Source: Ramazzottius varieornatus
Taxonomy: Eukaryota > Animalia > Tardigrada
Reading direction: 5' to 3'
Assembly: GCA_001949185.1 (NCBI GenBank)
Contig: BDGG01000003.1
Location: 3,641,158 to 3,705,157 of the forward strand
Length of the DNA stretch: 64,000 nt
Position numbers and translations under genes: made by a program. Below are positions 51,820-64,000 of this stretch, piece after piece (position 1 is the first letter of the stretch; each line of letters opens with the position of its first letter). Under the pieces are notes generated by a model that was given only the letters and a program-made list of their open reading frames with translations, was not told the DNA's origin and did no database searches.

Positions 51820-54783
51820 CTAAGTAGTTGTCTTCACTGGTTTTCCTTTCGCAGACGCGGAGGAAGGACGCGAAGATGGACGTGATGCAGCAGGGCGACT
51901 CGATCGGCCAGTTGAAGGACGTGAGGGAGCTTTACTTGACGCACTACCTGGTCGAGATGCCGAAGAGGAGGCTTTAGGTAACATTTGAAGTGCCATGTTC
52001 CTGGCTTTCCTGTAGGCGTAACCGAGAGTTTTCCAGTCGAGGACGTTCCGCAGGAGTTCGGTTTTTCTTCGCTGCAAACGCCTCTCACTCCCAGATAGTT
52101 TAGTAAAACTATGGATGTATCCGGTTAACTGCTCAATCGCTTGTTCAGCGCTTTTGTACTTCCGGTCAACCAGGAAGATGCCAAAGTCCGCCGGGTTGGG
52201 TATCAGCTCCTCGATGAAGCAACCAAACCCGGAGAGGTTCGTCGTGATGCTGGGGACCCCGATGACGGCGCACTCTGCCGGAGTGTATCCCCACGGTTCG
52301 TAACCTGACAAGTGATATCAAACAGAACTGTGAATTTGCAGTCAGTGTTTTCTCCCTGTTGTATAGGCAGAGGAAAGGTGTTCGAATGGGCTCTACTCCA
52401 AAAGCCAAAACTTACTAGATGGGAATACGCCCAAGTGGCATCCGTGAACAAACTCGTCGTACTCCATGGGCAACACAGGACTTGATGGTGAGAGGAACTG
52501 TGGATGAAAAATCACCTGAAATCGAAATACCTGTTGACACGTCTGTTTCTCGTAGACGACCATAACGTGGAATTTCGCGATTGCCTGGGTGTACCTTGAC
52601 GCGATCGGATGGATGGTTAAACAACCGACATCGGCGGACCTCCATAAGAACAGCATCGGTCTTGTCATCCAACATATTGTGCGTGCAAATGGGTGGGAAG
52701 CTACACGGCTAGACAAGGTATCGCGCTGTAGTTGAAGAACATGAACGAGTATGCTGCATATCATACCTTCACGTTCTCCACACAGGTCCTCAAGTATTCA
52801 GTCTCGGGGCCGTCTGGCAGGTTTTCGAAGAGCACTTTCCCACTTCTGAAAATGAAGACACATGGTAAAGAATTTTTCGCCTTTGTGATACTGATTGCTA
52901 GGGCTGTCCAGACCTTAGGCAGCTGTTCATCAAGGCCTTCGAATTCGCAGTCGGAATCGCCGTGATAGCTTTTTGGAGTTGGAGTCGGACAAACTGGCCT
53001 CGTAACGTGGAAGCGTTGTACCCGTTGGTCGCTGCCGGCATGATGATGAAGGCTACGATAGTGACGTCGGTACCGTCCTTCTTCAGCCGATGGTTCAGAC
53101 GCGCAAGAGCCTCGATGTAGTGGTCGCAACCTTTGTTGTGATACTCGTAACGTCCCGCCAAGAATAGGTACAGTGTGTTGTCCAGGTCGAAGTTTAGATG
53201 CCTGAAAAAAAGGTGGATTTCTTGCGACTGCGGCTATACGTATGTGAGTTGAGCGGTGCACACTGCGGAGTCTTACCCGTGAAAGTGCCCACGAACGAAG
53301 TCGTGAATCTTTTCTTTCGCGGCATTGTGTTGCTCCTGGAGTTTGCCAGTTGGTGCCAGGCAGTCGCCGTTCATTCCATTCGGAGTAATAATCTCTGAAA
53401 AGATCTTAGGGTTAGTTTTGCAGTTTCATGTACGTGGATGTACCATTTTGTTCCAGGAATCGAACGTACCCGGATAACGACGAAGGAAACGTCGGGCTTC
53501 TTCTGCAGTGGTTTTAGAAACCGTTGTGAAGACATGGCAAACGGTAGCGGCGACCTGTTGACGGCAAAGAAGAAGGTTTCATAAACCTTGCGGACTGGTC
53601 AGATCTTCATCCAAGCTACAGCACGGGAGGTGAACCTACGTGGGGAAAGGAGGCTCACTTTTTCAATGCAGTAACGGTAATAAAATCCGCGGTTGGCAGC
53701 TTCGCGATCGCAGTCGATCTACGAGTCAGACGGTAGGTGGTATTACAAAACACCGCATTTCTGTGAAGTTCTGCGCCACAGATACCTGTCCTATGAGCGG
53801 TTCGGAAACCTTTCCCGCCGACAGAAACCTTCCTAATAGAGTGGCGTGCGTGGTGAACACTGTTGCCATTTCGAAACCGCGTTGTCGACACAATAAGAGC
53901 CCTATCGCCGACAGCCATTCGTGAAACTGAAGGAGAACGATCTTAAAGTTCCGGATGTTTGTTTGGTGACGGAGCTACAAAGAACGGTCAGCAGGTCAGC
54001 AAGTGAATCCCAACAGCAATCAGGAACTGAAACTGGGTAAACAGAACGTACAGTTGAGTGGCGCACTCTTCGAGCCAGTAACAACCAAAACGTGCGCCAC
54101 TTGTGATGGCGATCTTGTACGTTCTGTTTGCGCAGCTTCCCGTTAACTTACCTCTCCCAGGAACCAAGCAGTAAGATACCCAAATATCAGGGCATCATTA
54201 ACTTCAGTGTCACTCCATGGAATTTTGATCTTGGTAATCTCTAGAAAATCTGCTCTCCATTCCCTCAAATGGTCAGCGGCGGAAGCCACCTCGAATAAGA
54301 TGACATATGGATACCCGTCGATCTTCCACCTTCCCGTCCGTACCTGTCCAGAACAAAAAATCGGTAATCCTGTCTAATTTCAAGGAATACTCTCTATGAA
54401 ACGATTTTCGCTTTCTTACACCTTCACATCGCGATTACGAAGAGTATTCAGAGCGTCTTTAATACCGATGGTCTCTTCTAGGTCGCAAGGTTCGAACTCG
54501 GAACGGCACTGTGCAGCGTTGTAAGGCCCAACCAGGAAGTACCGGTTTCCATATTCTTGTACGCTAACATCGGCTTTGGAACGGATAACCGTTGAGATGC
54601 CTCCAACTACAGAAGCGAACAAAATTCGAGTCCGAATAACAACAAAAAGACAAAACTCAATTGCGAAAAAATCAAGATCACACCTTTGTTCAGAACTTCC
54701 CAAGATACTTCGAAAAGGTAAACGTTCTCCGCAACTGCGGCTGATGATACAGATTCGCTCAGTTTATTACTTGATGCTGCCAT
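51820..54783 (-). CDS. GYS: Glycogen synthase (GT3), divergent
   Basis: [10 protein letters not shown]|[39 protein letters not shown] and [21 protein letters not shown]. The exons join in frame. Confidence 0.95.
54029..54141. repeat. Family A palindrome, glycogen synthase intron
   Basis: Cores at 54055-54066 and 54092-54103, with a 25-bp spacer. Confidence 0.85.
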
Positions 54784-55084
54784 CAGAACTAGCCGCACGT
54801 TGATAATGTAGTACAAAAACCTATGATGTGTTTCCTCCCGGTTAGAGCTGATCTTTTAGCAGGAACACCGAAAAGAGTCTCCACAGCATGCTCTGTTGTT
54901 TCCATAACTCCATATGACCACAACCGGTAACTTAGCCCCACGGGACACAACAGAGCGAAGAGCAGCAACGCGATCCCGCGGAAGGATCGTGGACGCCGCT
55001 TTTATCGACGCTTTCCGGGGGAACTTCCGGCTTCCGGTGAGCACGTATACGCAGCGATGTGATGTCATGTCGTGTCATATCACG

Positions 55085-56573
55085 TCACGTCATAGTCCTG
55101 TATATATGGTTTACATAAGGGTTCGCGGTCCAAACTTGATTTCCGTTTCGGTCTCCGATAATCGGTATGGTACAACGAGCCTCATCAAACCACCATTTTC
55201 CCAGATTATTATAGGCCTTTGGAGAAAGTTCTCCATCGTTCAAGATGCCACACAGCTTGCACCAGCCGATCTCGGGGGATTGTAGGTCTTTCGGTAACGT
55301 CAGGTACCTCGACTTGAATTTCCATTGGAAATACTGACTGTACCAGTGTTTGTTTCCGGCAACTTTTCGCAAATGATCGGCAAGGAGTCTGGGACTGGAA
55401 AAGTCCAGAATGTTAATGTAGGAGTTTGGTGGAAAGATCTGCGAGTAATCTGCACCGCCGTACACCACGGGAACGGCTTCCTGGTTATACGCTCGGAACA
55501 TTTTCTCTGTGACGTAGTCTTTACATACACTACAAACAGACAACACACACAGTAAGACATATCAGAGTCAGGTCACGCTTTTCAAAATTCGAATTAGAAA
55601 TGGAAGGTCGGCAAACAAGCTTGACAAGATTTCTATTCAAAGTAGCGCACTCTTTCAGCCAGCAGCAGCGAAAATGTGCGCCACTTTGGAAAATAATCTG
55701 TCGAGGTTGTTGGCCGAGTTCCCCCATGTAATGGCTCAGCTAGTATTACCTGTTTTCGAACGCTAGATAGAATTTATACGTGGAAACCTTTTCATCACAG
55801 TGTTCGGAAGTTTTATTGCAGGAGTTGTTTCCACACGAGCCAAAGACGTCCAGCGGTATGTAGCGAGCAAGTTCTTCGATATAGACATGCCGAAAACTCG
55901 GGGTACAACAGTTGGACACGAAAATCACAGCGAACCCTGCTTTCTTTCTCCAAGCATCCTCGAAGTTTGAGGGGTCGTTCCACAGCTTGGGCTTGAAGTC
56001 TCGATAGTAATGATCTGATGGAATGTCGGAGTCCAGCCGATAGGTGAAGGTCAGATTGAAGAACCCGTCGTACTCATCGAGCATCATGTTCGTGTGAGGC
56101 GGTGATTCTAGCAGGTAAAACACGTAATACTGATTGGGAGATCGGAAAGAGGGCACGGACTTGTCCGGTTGATCGGCTAGTTCGCGGATGTGGAAAATGA
56201 CCGCGGCACTCCGGTTGACCAAATCTCTCCGGTTTGTCAAAAGGCAGTTCTTGACTGGACAGTTATCCAGAGCTTGCTGGGCGACCATACGATGCTCGGA
56301 GGTGGATGTAAACGGCTGACTGAAGTATTCTGTCCAGAAAAGTATCAAGATGGAGTCATTAACTGAGCTGAGATGTTCGACAGCCATTGTCGTCGTAGGT
56401 GGATTTACAACGGGTTTTTCCCAAAAGAAGCTCCAGCTCTGCACAACAGCCCGTCCAGTGCTGACAGTCCAGTTAGCTCGAAGTATTCCCAGCAGAAAGC
56501 ACAGTGCAATAGGGGGTCCAAAGATCTGCAGTAAACGTTTCAAGGTTGGGAGTCGTACGTGACTGGTCTTCAT
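55085..56573 (-). CDS. Alpha-1,3-fucosyltransferase (GT10)
   Basis: Type II TM segment, FNLTFTYRLDSDI, YKFYLAFENS|VCKDYVTEK and VPVVYGG. Confidence 0.95.
55602..55724. repeat. Family A palindrome, fucosyltransferase intron
   Basis: Cores at 55639-55650 and 55676-55687, with a 25-bp spacer. Confidence 0.88.
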
Positions 56574-57992
56574 ATCTTCTGCTGTCTGCGAGTAGGTTGG
56601 ATCTTGCGTCGGATTTTGGCATTGTCCTTACTTTTCCCGGCTCTCGGCGGTAAAGAATGAAGGCCCAGCGTTCGCGGTACCCTTTTCCGGCTCGAACTAG
56701 GATACCTTGCTGCTACTGTACGGTAGGATCAACTTATCCTACATTTTACAGAGTAAGCCTTGATTCTTTTCGACTTGGTAAGTTTCACTTCTCGATGTAA
56801 TATGTGCATGAAGCCTACAGGTAGACGGAAACGCCTCGGGGCCTTTTAACCTTAGTACAACGAAGAACCAGTTTCCTTTGCTTTATGTCTTCCGTCTTCA
56901 TTGTATGGATCGTCCCTGAGCCTTAGCTACAAAAACACGCGAGTGCGCAAAAGCAAATTTTAGACTGGTCCGTCTTTATTACACAGTAAACAAATATAAG
57001 GCAGATGGGTGAGTAAGAATGGTCTCAGTCGGGCAGTCGAAGCTGACAATTGGGTGCTCGGCAAACAGAGCATACGAGATCGCTGTCTTGAGTGCCGCAC
57101 CCGCCCAGCCAATAACATTGAAACTTGCGCCAATTGAAGTGACGATCTTGTCCGCTGTGTTTTCCCAGCTCCCCATAATGACTGCAGACTGACGTGACAC
57201 AGAAGTAAAGTGAGATATGAAGGTACAGTATAACCTAGTAAAAGCAGGGCTGTTCGTTGTACCTGAAACGCGGAAACTGGATCACGCAAAAAGTGAATAC
57301 GCAAAAAGTGTGTAGGGTAATTTCGAAAACGCCAGAAGTGAAATAGATATGAGCAGTCAATAAACTTTTCAGTTGACGAGTACCCTGCTGAGGTCAACAC
57401 GAAGCGGCGAAGACCGTTAGAACCCCTTTTTTTCGGCCTTCTTCGGTCATCACTAAGCTCTGTCTCATCTACCGATGGGTGGTACTTTTAGCCTCCTGGC
57501 CAACCCATCCAACATTTTTTATGGATTCTTTTACGGCCATAGTTCTTAGTTCGCGAGGCGGGTCAACTTGGCCGTTTTAGAAAGTTACGATCAGCTTTCG
57601 ATCATCCCGCCAAGGGGGAAGATCAACTGATAGGATCTCTGATCCTCAGTATGTACGATCCTCCACACAGTCGTACGCGTGAATCCGTCCCGGATAGTGA
57701 GCACGAAGTAGGTTACGCTACTTTTCCACCACTTTCACAAGCGAGAGCCACTAGATGGACGCACATTTTGCCAGAAGCAGACCATGTAACAATAAGTGGC
57801 GGCTTGGATCCCTTGTCGTATACGTATTTAAACTCTGCGAACCGTCCACATCGGTCCGTCTTTTGGCTTTCTGTTTCACAATTATTTCGCGGCCGTTATA
57901 GTCGATGATATTTGTAATACTCTTGAATCATTCCTGGCTATCTTAGCTAGTTGTATACTGTAGTTCGTAGGAGGCCATTCAATTTCGCAACG

Positions 57993-58253
57993 ATGAATAC
58001 CGGAATATTGTTCACCGTCTACGTGCTACTTTTGGTATTCTCCATCTTCACCCCGCTCGAAGCTGCTCCTCGGGGAGCTTCGCCAGACGCTATTTTTTCC
58101 CGAAATTATCAAGGAGCCTCCCCGCTGATTGGTGGAAGACAGTTTTCCGGCAAGCACCACAAAGGAGCCAATGGAGCGCAGCGGCTAGTGGAAAATTCAG
58201 TCAAGAGCAATATGATGTCAGCACGAAGAAGGAACCACCAGTTTCCCGGCTAA
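57993..58253 (+). CDS. Small secreted protein / possible peptide precursor (86 aa)
   Basis: Strong signal peptide MNTGILFTVYVLLLVFSIFTPLEA-A and a short basic mature region with GR, GK and RRR. Confidence 0.55.
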   Translation: MNTGILFTVYVLLLVFSIFTPLEAAPRGASPDAIFSRNYQGASPLIGGRQFSGKHHKGANGAQRLVENSVKSNMMSARRRNHQFPG

Positions 58254-58580
58254 GTCGCCCACGACGCAGGTCTTCCTCATCGGAAAAATTCCCGGGGCCT
58301 TCAGATCCACTTGTGCCTGCTCCCATATGATCTTTTTTCAAAATCTAATTACGGTGCTGGAACCCGGAAACCATAGTTCTGCCACAGTATGGCCGCGGTG
58401 TTCACACTTTGGTTCCGATTTTCCGCTGTGTCTCAATTTACCCGCACAAAATTGCTCTTGCCCAATGTACTATCGACGAATGATAATAAACCGAATATGA
58501 CCATCATCTCGTACACTTTATTCGATGCTTGTGCAATAAGCAACAGGAGTATTCACGAAAGAAAGACAAAAGTGAGCAGA

Positions 58581-61500
58581 TCACGCCCGGAATACTAGAC
58601 CCTTGATTTTCGAAGACTCCACCGTGATTTCCGTATCAGCCGTCTCTTTCGAAAGTACATCGACAAAATTAATGGTTGTGACATTGTAAGAACCCAAGCC
58701 ACGTTTAACCATCAAAAAGTCAGCAAGCTTAACACCGGAAGAAGCATCTCTACAGTCGTCCAAGCCACTCCCTCCAGAGCAGTCGGTCCCAACACGATGA
58801 AACATTACCCCAACATCTCGGCTTGCATTCGCGTATCTCACCGGTTTCAGCATGAGTAAGGTCCAGTCACAAGGCAAAGGTTCCATGGACGAAGACAGCT
58901 GTTTCTGAGCCGGTTTGGAGTCGTTGGCCAGAAGGGGAGTCGATAGGACCATGGCTGGAGAGTTCAATTCCAGGTTGATCCGATTGGCCAAACGACTAGG
59001 ATGAACGGGTCTCTCGGCGGAAATACAGGTCCCGCAGTAACCTTTCGTTTCGAGCTGTAACCTGACTATCGTTTTGGTCACCCTCACTTCTCGCAGAGGC
59101 TCTTCCACACCTCGCGCGTCATCTTGATTAAGATACCGGTCCATCATCACCTAAGATACGCGAAAGATGGTCCACTTTAAAATATCATTCCACCGCAAAC
59201 TTCCAATTTCTCTCACGATTTTCAACTGGAAGGTCCGCAAAATAATCGACCGAATACTTTTCTCAAGTGGCGCACCCTTCCAGTCTTATCGACTGGAGGC
59301 GTGCGCCACTGGGAAGAACGATCTGGTGGACCTTTTTTGACGAGCGCCCAGTTATCTTTTGTTTTTTTGTTCTGACTTTGTTACGTATCTCGAGTACCTC
59401 GATCTGTCCAAGGTCCTGACTTCCGACACCGTGTCCTCTGGCTAAATGCATCGTCATTCGCTTTTCGCCATCTTGAAGGAACGCCATAGTTGATGCAGGA
59501 AAGTAATTCGCTTGCATCGGAAGGTCGTGCGAAACCTTCCGCCGCACCACTTGGAACCCATTCGAGTCCGTGAAGAATGTCATGTTGTTTCTTATGTCCG
59601 TGGTGAACCTCATCACAGCCTCGATGTTGGTCTCCGAGGAGAAGTCATGTGTGTTCTCAATCTGTATGAACTGATCCAGAGTGGACGAACTACTGTTGAA
59701 CAACCGAACCACATGTCGCATCAGACCAGGAACAATGACGTGGATCTCGCAGAAAAGTTGGCCTTTCAGGACTCGGATGTAATGCGGGTACTTGACTATG
59801 TCGGAGATCACATCGGGCCAGAATAAGTAGGCTCCGGACCTACTTCCGCCTCCGCTGTATCGCTTCAGTTCGAGACGGATTGGATGAAGATTGCCATCGG
59901 CGTCTCTTACGGATTCCATCAAGCCAGTGGAAGGCGAGAAGGTTACGGTGTACTGCTCGTTCTGCAGTATGATGGGCTCGTCGTACTTCAGCGAACCCAA
60001 ATGAGACTTTTCTGTGACCTGTAAAAAAGATATTGTTCTATATTATGCTTCTGCTCTGATTATTCACCAAATACAATCATTTCATTTATTTTCTACCACA
60101 TTCAAACTTGATTGGAACGTCGGTGAATGACTTGAGCGCGGTCATTTTCCCAAGTTGCGCACACTTCCAGTCAATAATATTGAAAGATGCGCCGCTTGAG
60201 ATAATTGTTCACGTTCAGTTCATTTGCCGACTTTCCGATTTCGAATTTTAATTACAGAATTTTTCGCGAACCTTTGTGAGGTGTTGCTTGCCGGCTTTCG
60301 CTTCCGCTGCATCCACAGCGCGAATCTTGAAGAACAGCATCCCCAACGACTTGAATTTGACGAAGAACGTTACTCTCGAACCCCCTTGCAACAGCTCTCC
60401 CTGGAAGTGTTCCGCGTCTGATGCAATGCTTGTCTGATAAGGTACTGTTTGACCACTGGCGTCCTGTATCACTACATGCTCAGTATCCACAATGATTTCC
60501 ACGAATGCATCGCGGACAGACGCAAGACCGTTGATCACTACGACCTGGACGCCCTGCTTGTGCTGGGTGACCTTGATTAGTTTAGACTTCGGAAGCATTC
60601 GACTTGTCGACCTTTGTAGGTTGACGACGAAGGTCTCGCGGTCTGTATTCTGTGGCCAAGACAGGACTGTGGTCAAGTACTGGAGGACATCGTAGACTCC
60701 AGTTAGACCCTTGTAGAGGCGGGCTTCGTAGTCATCCGACACAGCCTGCTTCGAAGTACCTGTAAATAGAAAATATTTTAGAAGAGAACATTCTAAAACG
60801 GATCCGCTCACTCCCTCGACATGATTCACGGACCTGTAATGGCGTCGTGGTGTTGGAAGAGTCCGAGGCTTTTGGTAGCTTCTTCCAGGGTCTTCAGCAG
60901 CGGTGCATTGTCAATTTCGTACTGTCGCAGTCCGACCAGAACGTACAGGATTTCAGCTAGTCGCAGGTGGTGTTCGAGGTCTCGACTTAGCTGCTTCTGG
61001 AAAGGATGGGACGTGAAGTACCCAGTCCAGTACTCTACGGTCCGATCGGCGTATGGGAAGAAGTCACCGGTAACTCTTGGTAGCTTCCACTTGTCCGGAG
61101 TACCCATTTGCTCGAAGACTTCCTTGTAGTAGTCGTCGAAGGTACCGAATTGTATCTCAACATTGTTCTCCGGCTTACTAGAAAGAAACGTTTTGACCGC
61201 GATCGTGCATACTCCAAAGCTTCTTCATCAGGAATTTTGGGCGTGGCTCTTAAGTACCTATTCAAGTAATCGAGCATCAACTTGAAGTTACCATGCTTGG
61301 AGTCCCACTCGGCCGTGCTGGACCACCGGAAGTCCATTCCCATAGGAAACAACACCGCGGAATGGGGAAAGACATGCGCCACCTTGCGGAATTGTTCTAG
61401 CAGCATCATGGCGGGTACGTGGACGCTGGTGTTCTGAATGATTCCGCCGTACTGGTAGTCAAACTGGATACAGACCGAAGGATCCATTCCACAAGTGTGT

Positions 61501-62936
61501 TTCACATCGTACAGATGGGTATGGCTCACGTAACAGAACATCGAGTCCGAGTCCGACGTGTCCCAGGATTGCTGCCACCTAAACTGGGCAGCTTTGGCAA
61601 GGACCAACTGCTTCCGGAGTATGTAGTGGATTCGCTGGATGAACATGGTTTGGAATCCGAGGTTTTTCAGAATGTATGGCATCGCTGAAACCGCAAAATC
61701 TCATGGTCAATCAGATTGTACAGTAACGGCTTTGCAAGCACCTACATACACGATCGCTGAGCATCCGCAGGCGACCAGTGTATGTAGGTTATTGATGGTT
61801 GAATATAATCTGTTTCTCGACCGTATAAATTATCTCCCAAGCAGAAAGAAAACAAACGAAATTATTGCTCAGAAAGACTACGTATATCAACCAGACTTAC
61901 TCGAACTGTAGCCGAAAGGATCGATGCTGAAGCCATGTCGCGGAGTAACGTTGAAGTTCTGCAACAACCATTGATGACCTGCAATCAATGGCATGATGTA
62001 CCCTTCACTCATTCGAATATAGTAAAACCGTGAAAGCTGGCCAGATGGCGGGTGCCTACCATAAACGTACTGATGGAGAATGGCATACGTATGAGCCGAT
62101 GCCTCATCCGGCATAACATATCCGCCGTTCACAAACTCGACTTGGCCTTTCTGAACCAGCGTCTTCATCTTCTTCCTGGATTCTTCATCCAGCTGCGTCC
62201 ACCACAGCTCAAAGAAAGATATTTCTGCCCAGATGAATTTCATCTCCGGCCATTTCTGAAGTCGTTCAAGCACCAGATCCAGCGTGTTTTTGGTATAGGT
62301 TTGCAAGTACTGGTCAACCGTCATTAACCAACCAGGATCGGCATGGCTAAATGGCACGAGGAAGACCTTGAGTTTCTTGGCCGCTTTCGTCCCATTGGTT
62401 TCTTTCTGACCCTGTGGCGAGAATAGGAGCAGGTTACAGTAGAACAACAAAATCAGGCAACTGCGAAAGCTCACCGCCTGAAACTGCTTCTCTACTTCCG
62501 GGTCCCACACTCCGGCGTCACCGTCCCATGTTAGGTCCTCGTTCTTCAGCGAATACACCATTTCGCTGACATCGAACGTGGCTTTGTTCGGGTTGCTTTT
62601 CGGGACATTACAGTGGTCCTTGTCGCTCACTAGCTTCTTGCCATACTTGACCAGATCGAACACTGAGTTCCAATTTTCTTTATCGTCAGCGAACGGTTCA
62701 TCTCCCCGTACCTTCGCTCGTGCACTGCGCGCTTGATTGACAGCGATGTCTTTCCGTAGCTTTCGCAGACTAGGTTCGCTACCATCGTTTAACCGTTGAG
62801 GATCTGCGTAGATCTTATTGTAGGAATGCATCGCATTGAAATGCATATAGGCTACAGAAGCGAACATCAGCAGGAAGATTGCCGCAAAAGGTAACCATTT
62901 TCTCCCAAACGACAAGTGACGCAGTAGGACCGCCAT
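58581..62936 (-). CDS. Golgi alpha-mannosidase II-like (GH38)
   Basis: Type II TM segment, VFLVPFSHADPGW, FIWAEISFF, GGYVMPDEA, SIDPFGYS, GDFFPYAD, YWTGYFTS and LFQHHDAITGT. Confidence 0.95.
59228..59349. repeat. Family A palindrome, mannosidase intron
   Basis: CAAGTGGCGCAC-ccttccagtc-ttatc-gactggaggc-GTGCGCCACTGG. Confidence 0.88.
60114..60236. repeat. Family A palindrome, mannosidase intron
   Basis: Cores at 60151-60162 and 60187-60198, with a 24-bp spacer. Confidence 0.85.
61739..61790. repeat. Family B, mannosidase intron
   Basis: CACCTACATACAC-N26-GTGTATGTAGGTT. The outer CAGATTGTA/TATAATCTG also pair. Confidence 0.7.
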
Positions 62937-64000
62937 ACAAAGATGTCCCTCGTTGATGAAACGTGGAAAACTTTGAACCCCTACAGTTCAGCTCTCCATC
63001 GCGTTACGGTTTCCGGCGCCACGGTTACAACTGTGAATTTCACAAATATTCCGATGAATATTCAGCCACATAAAGAGTGCAATAAAAACTGGTCCGTCAG
63101 CGCGGATAATCTCGCTAGTAATTCACCGTTGTCAGCATAATATCTCAAAACAGCCAAATAATAATCTGGGTTTCATCATATTATTCTAAACAAGGCAGCC
63201 GTAAGGCGCGTAACGCTCGGATTCTATTTACAGGCCAATCATAGTGGACAGATTAGGAACGTCGGCCGCAAGAAAATGAGAAAGTTTTGCTCAAATTAGA
63301 GGATTGAACTTCGAAAACCATCACCTGCACAAGCATCAATGAAACATCAGCGTGGGCAAAGGACAAGAAGAGCACGAAAAAACACACCTCCAGGCAACAG
63401 TAACGCCTCGTCAAAGATTCGAAAAGAATCGACCACTCTTCAGTCTCGCTGGAAAAAAGCGAAGGCTTCGATCGGTCGAGACACTACACGAGGAATACAC
63501 ATCAGTATATTTAGTACCGTGATGAGCAGAAACGTGACAACGCTCACATTTCTGCCAGGTACTTCGGACAGAGATGAGCGAGCTTCGAAAGTGGCACGAA
63601 TTGTGCGCCAATAAAAAAGTCTAGTTATTGGTACTTACCTTTTTTCTTGCAGTTGGTCAGTGTGTAGTGGAGTTGCTTCGCAGGTGGTTGATCAGCGACA
63701 GAGCTAACTGAGGGCGCGTACAACCCACACGCTATTGTGAAACTCCACAAAGCCGCTACTAACAGATTCAGGAAACCGGTATGCGGATCAGCGGATGGAG
63801 ATCTAGAGAACTGAAATGAGAAAATATACATATTATTTGAGTAAACGTCACGGTAAAGACTTTGGTCAAACAATGACACTCGGTGATTATGATTGACAAG
63901 GCTAGGTCATGTACATATCCAGCACCAGAAGACCTGTGTACATTAGGACTTACAGAAAACACTGCGTCGTGAGCAAGTCTAAATATAGCAACTCTGTGTA

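Noticed and set aside
52680-52764. Apparent frameshift in glycogen synthase
   Set aside because: It is resolved by a TAG acceptor near 52709, giving ENVK|[12 protein letters not shown] in frame.
63585-63612. AAAGTGGCACGAATTGTGCGCCAAT as a 14th family A copy
   Set aside because: The spacer is collapsed and the outer arms are not recognisable. At most it is a remnant.

Overview
This is eukaryotic (animal) genomic DNA. It is gene-dense, with mostly 50-110 bp GT-AG introns and short intergenic gaps. The architecture fits a compact invertebrate genome; a tardigrade such as Ramazzottius is my inference, not proven. About 24 spliced or single-exon genes are recognisable: double-PEBP-like, two Gly-rich secreted proteins, ALDH7A1, TMX3, NUDCD1, TMEM63/OSCA, a trypsin-like protease, cenH3/CENP-A, an HP1-like protein, RMND5, KRR1, a nuclear receptor, Ral, MRPL3, RSU1, NOP53, EMC5, XPA, NDUFAF5, glycogen synthase, a GT10 fucosyltransferase, a small secreted peptide and a GH38 alpha-mannosidase. 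The main unexplained structure is a family of 13 palindromic elements of about 123 bp (core CAAGTGGCGCAC-N24/25-GTGCGCCACTTG). Every copy sits mid-intron in an unusually long (about 177-253 bp) intron. The copies are heavily substituted but almost indel-free. A second spaced-palindrome family (ACCTGCATACA...TGTATGCAGGT) occupies other long introns. The window also holds three clear MITE types and a 46.7-49.5 kb mosaic of gene fragments (NOP53, Piezo, WDR46). Exon boundaries were read by eye and are approximate.
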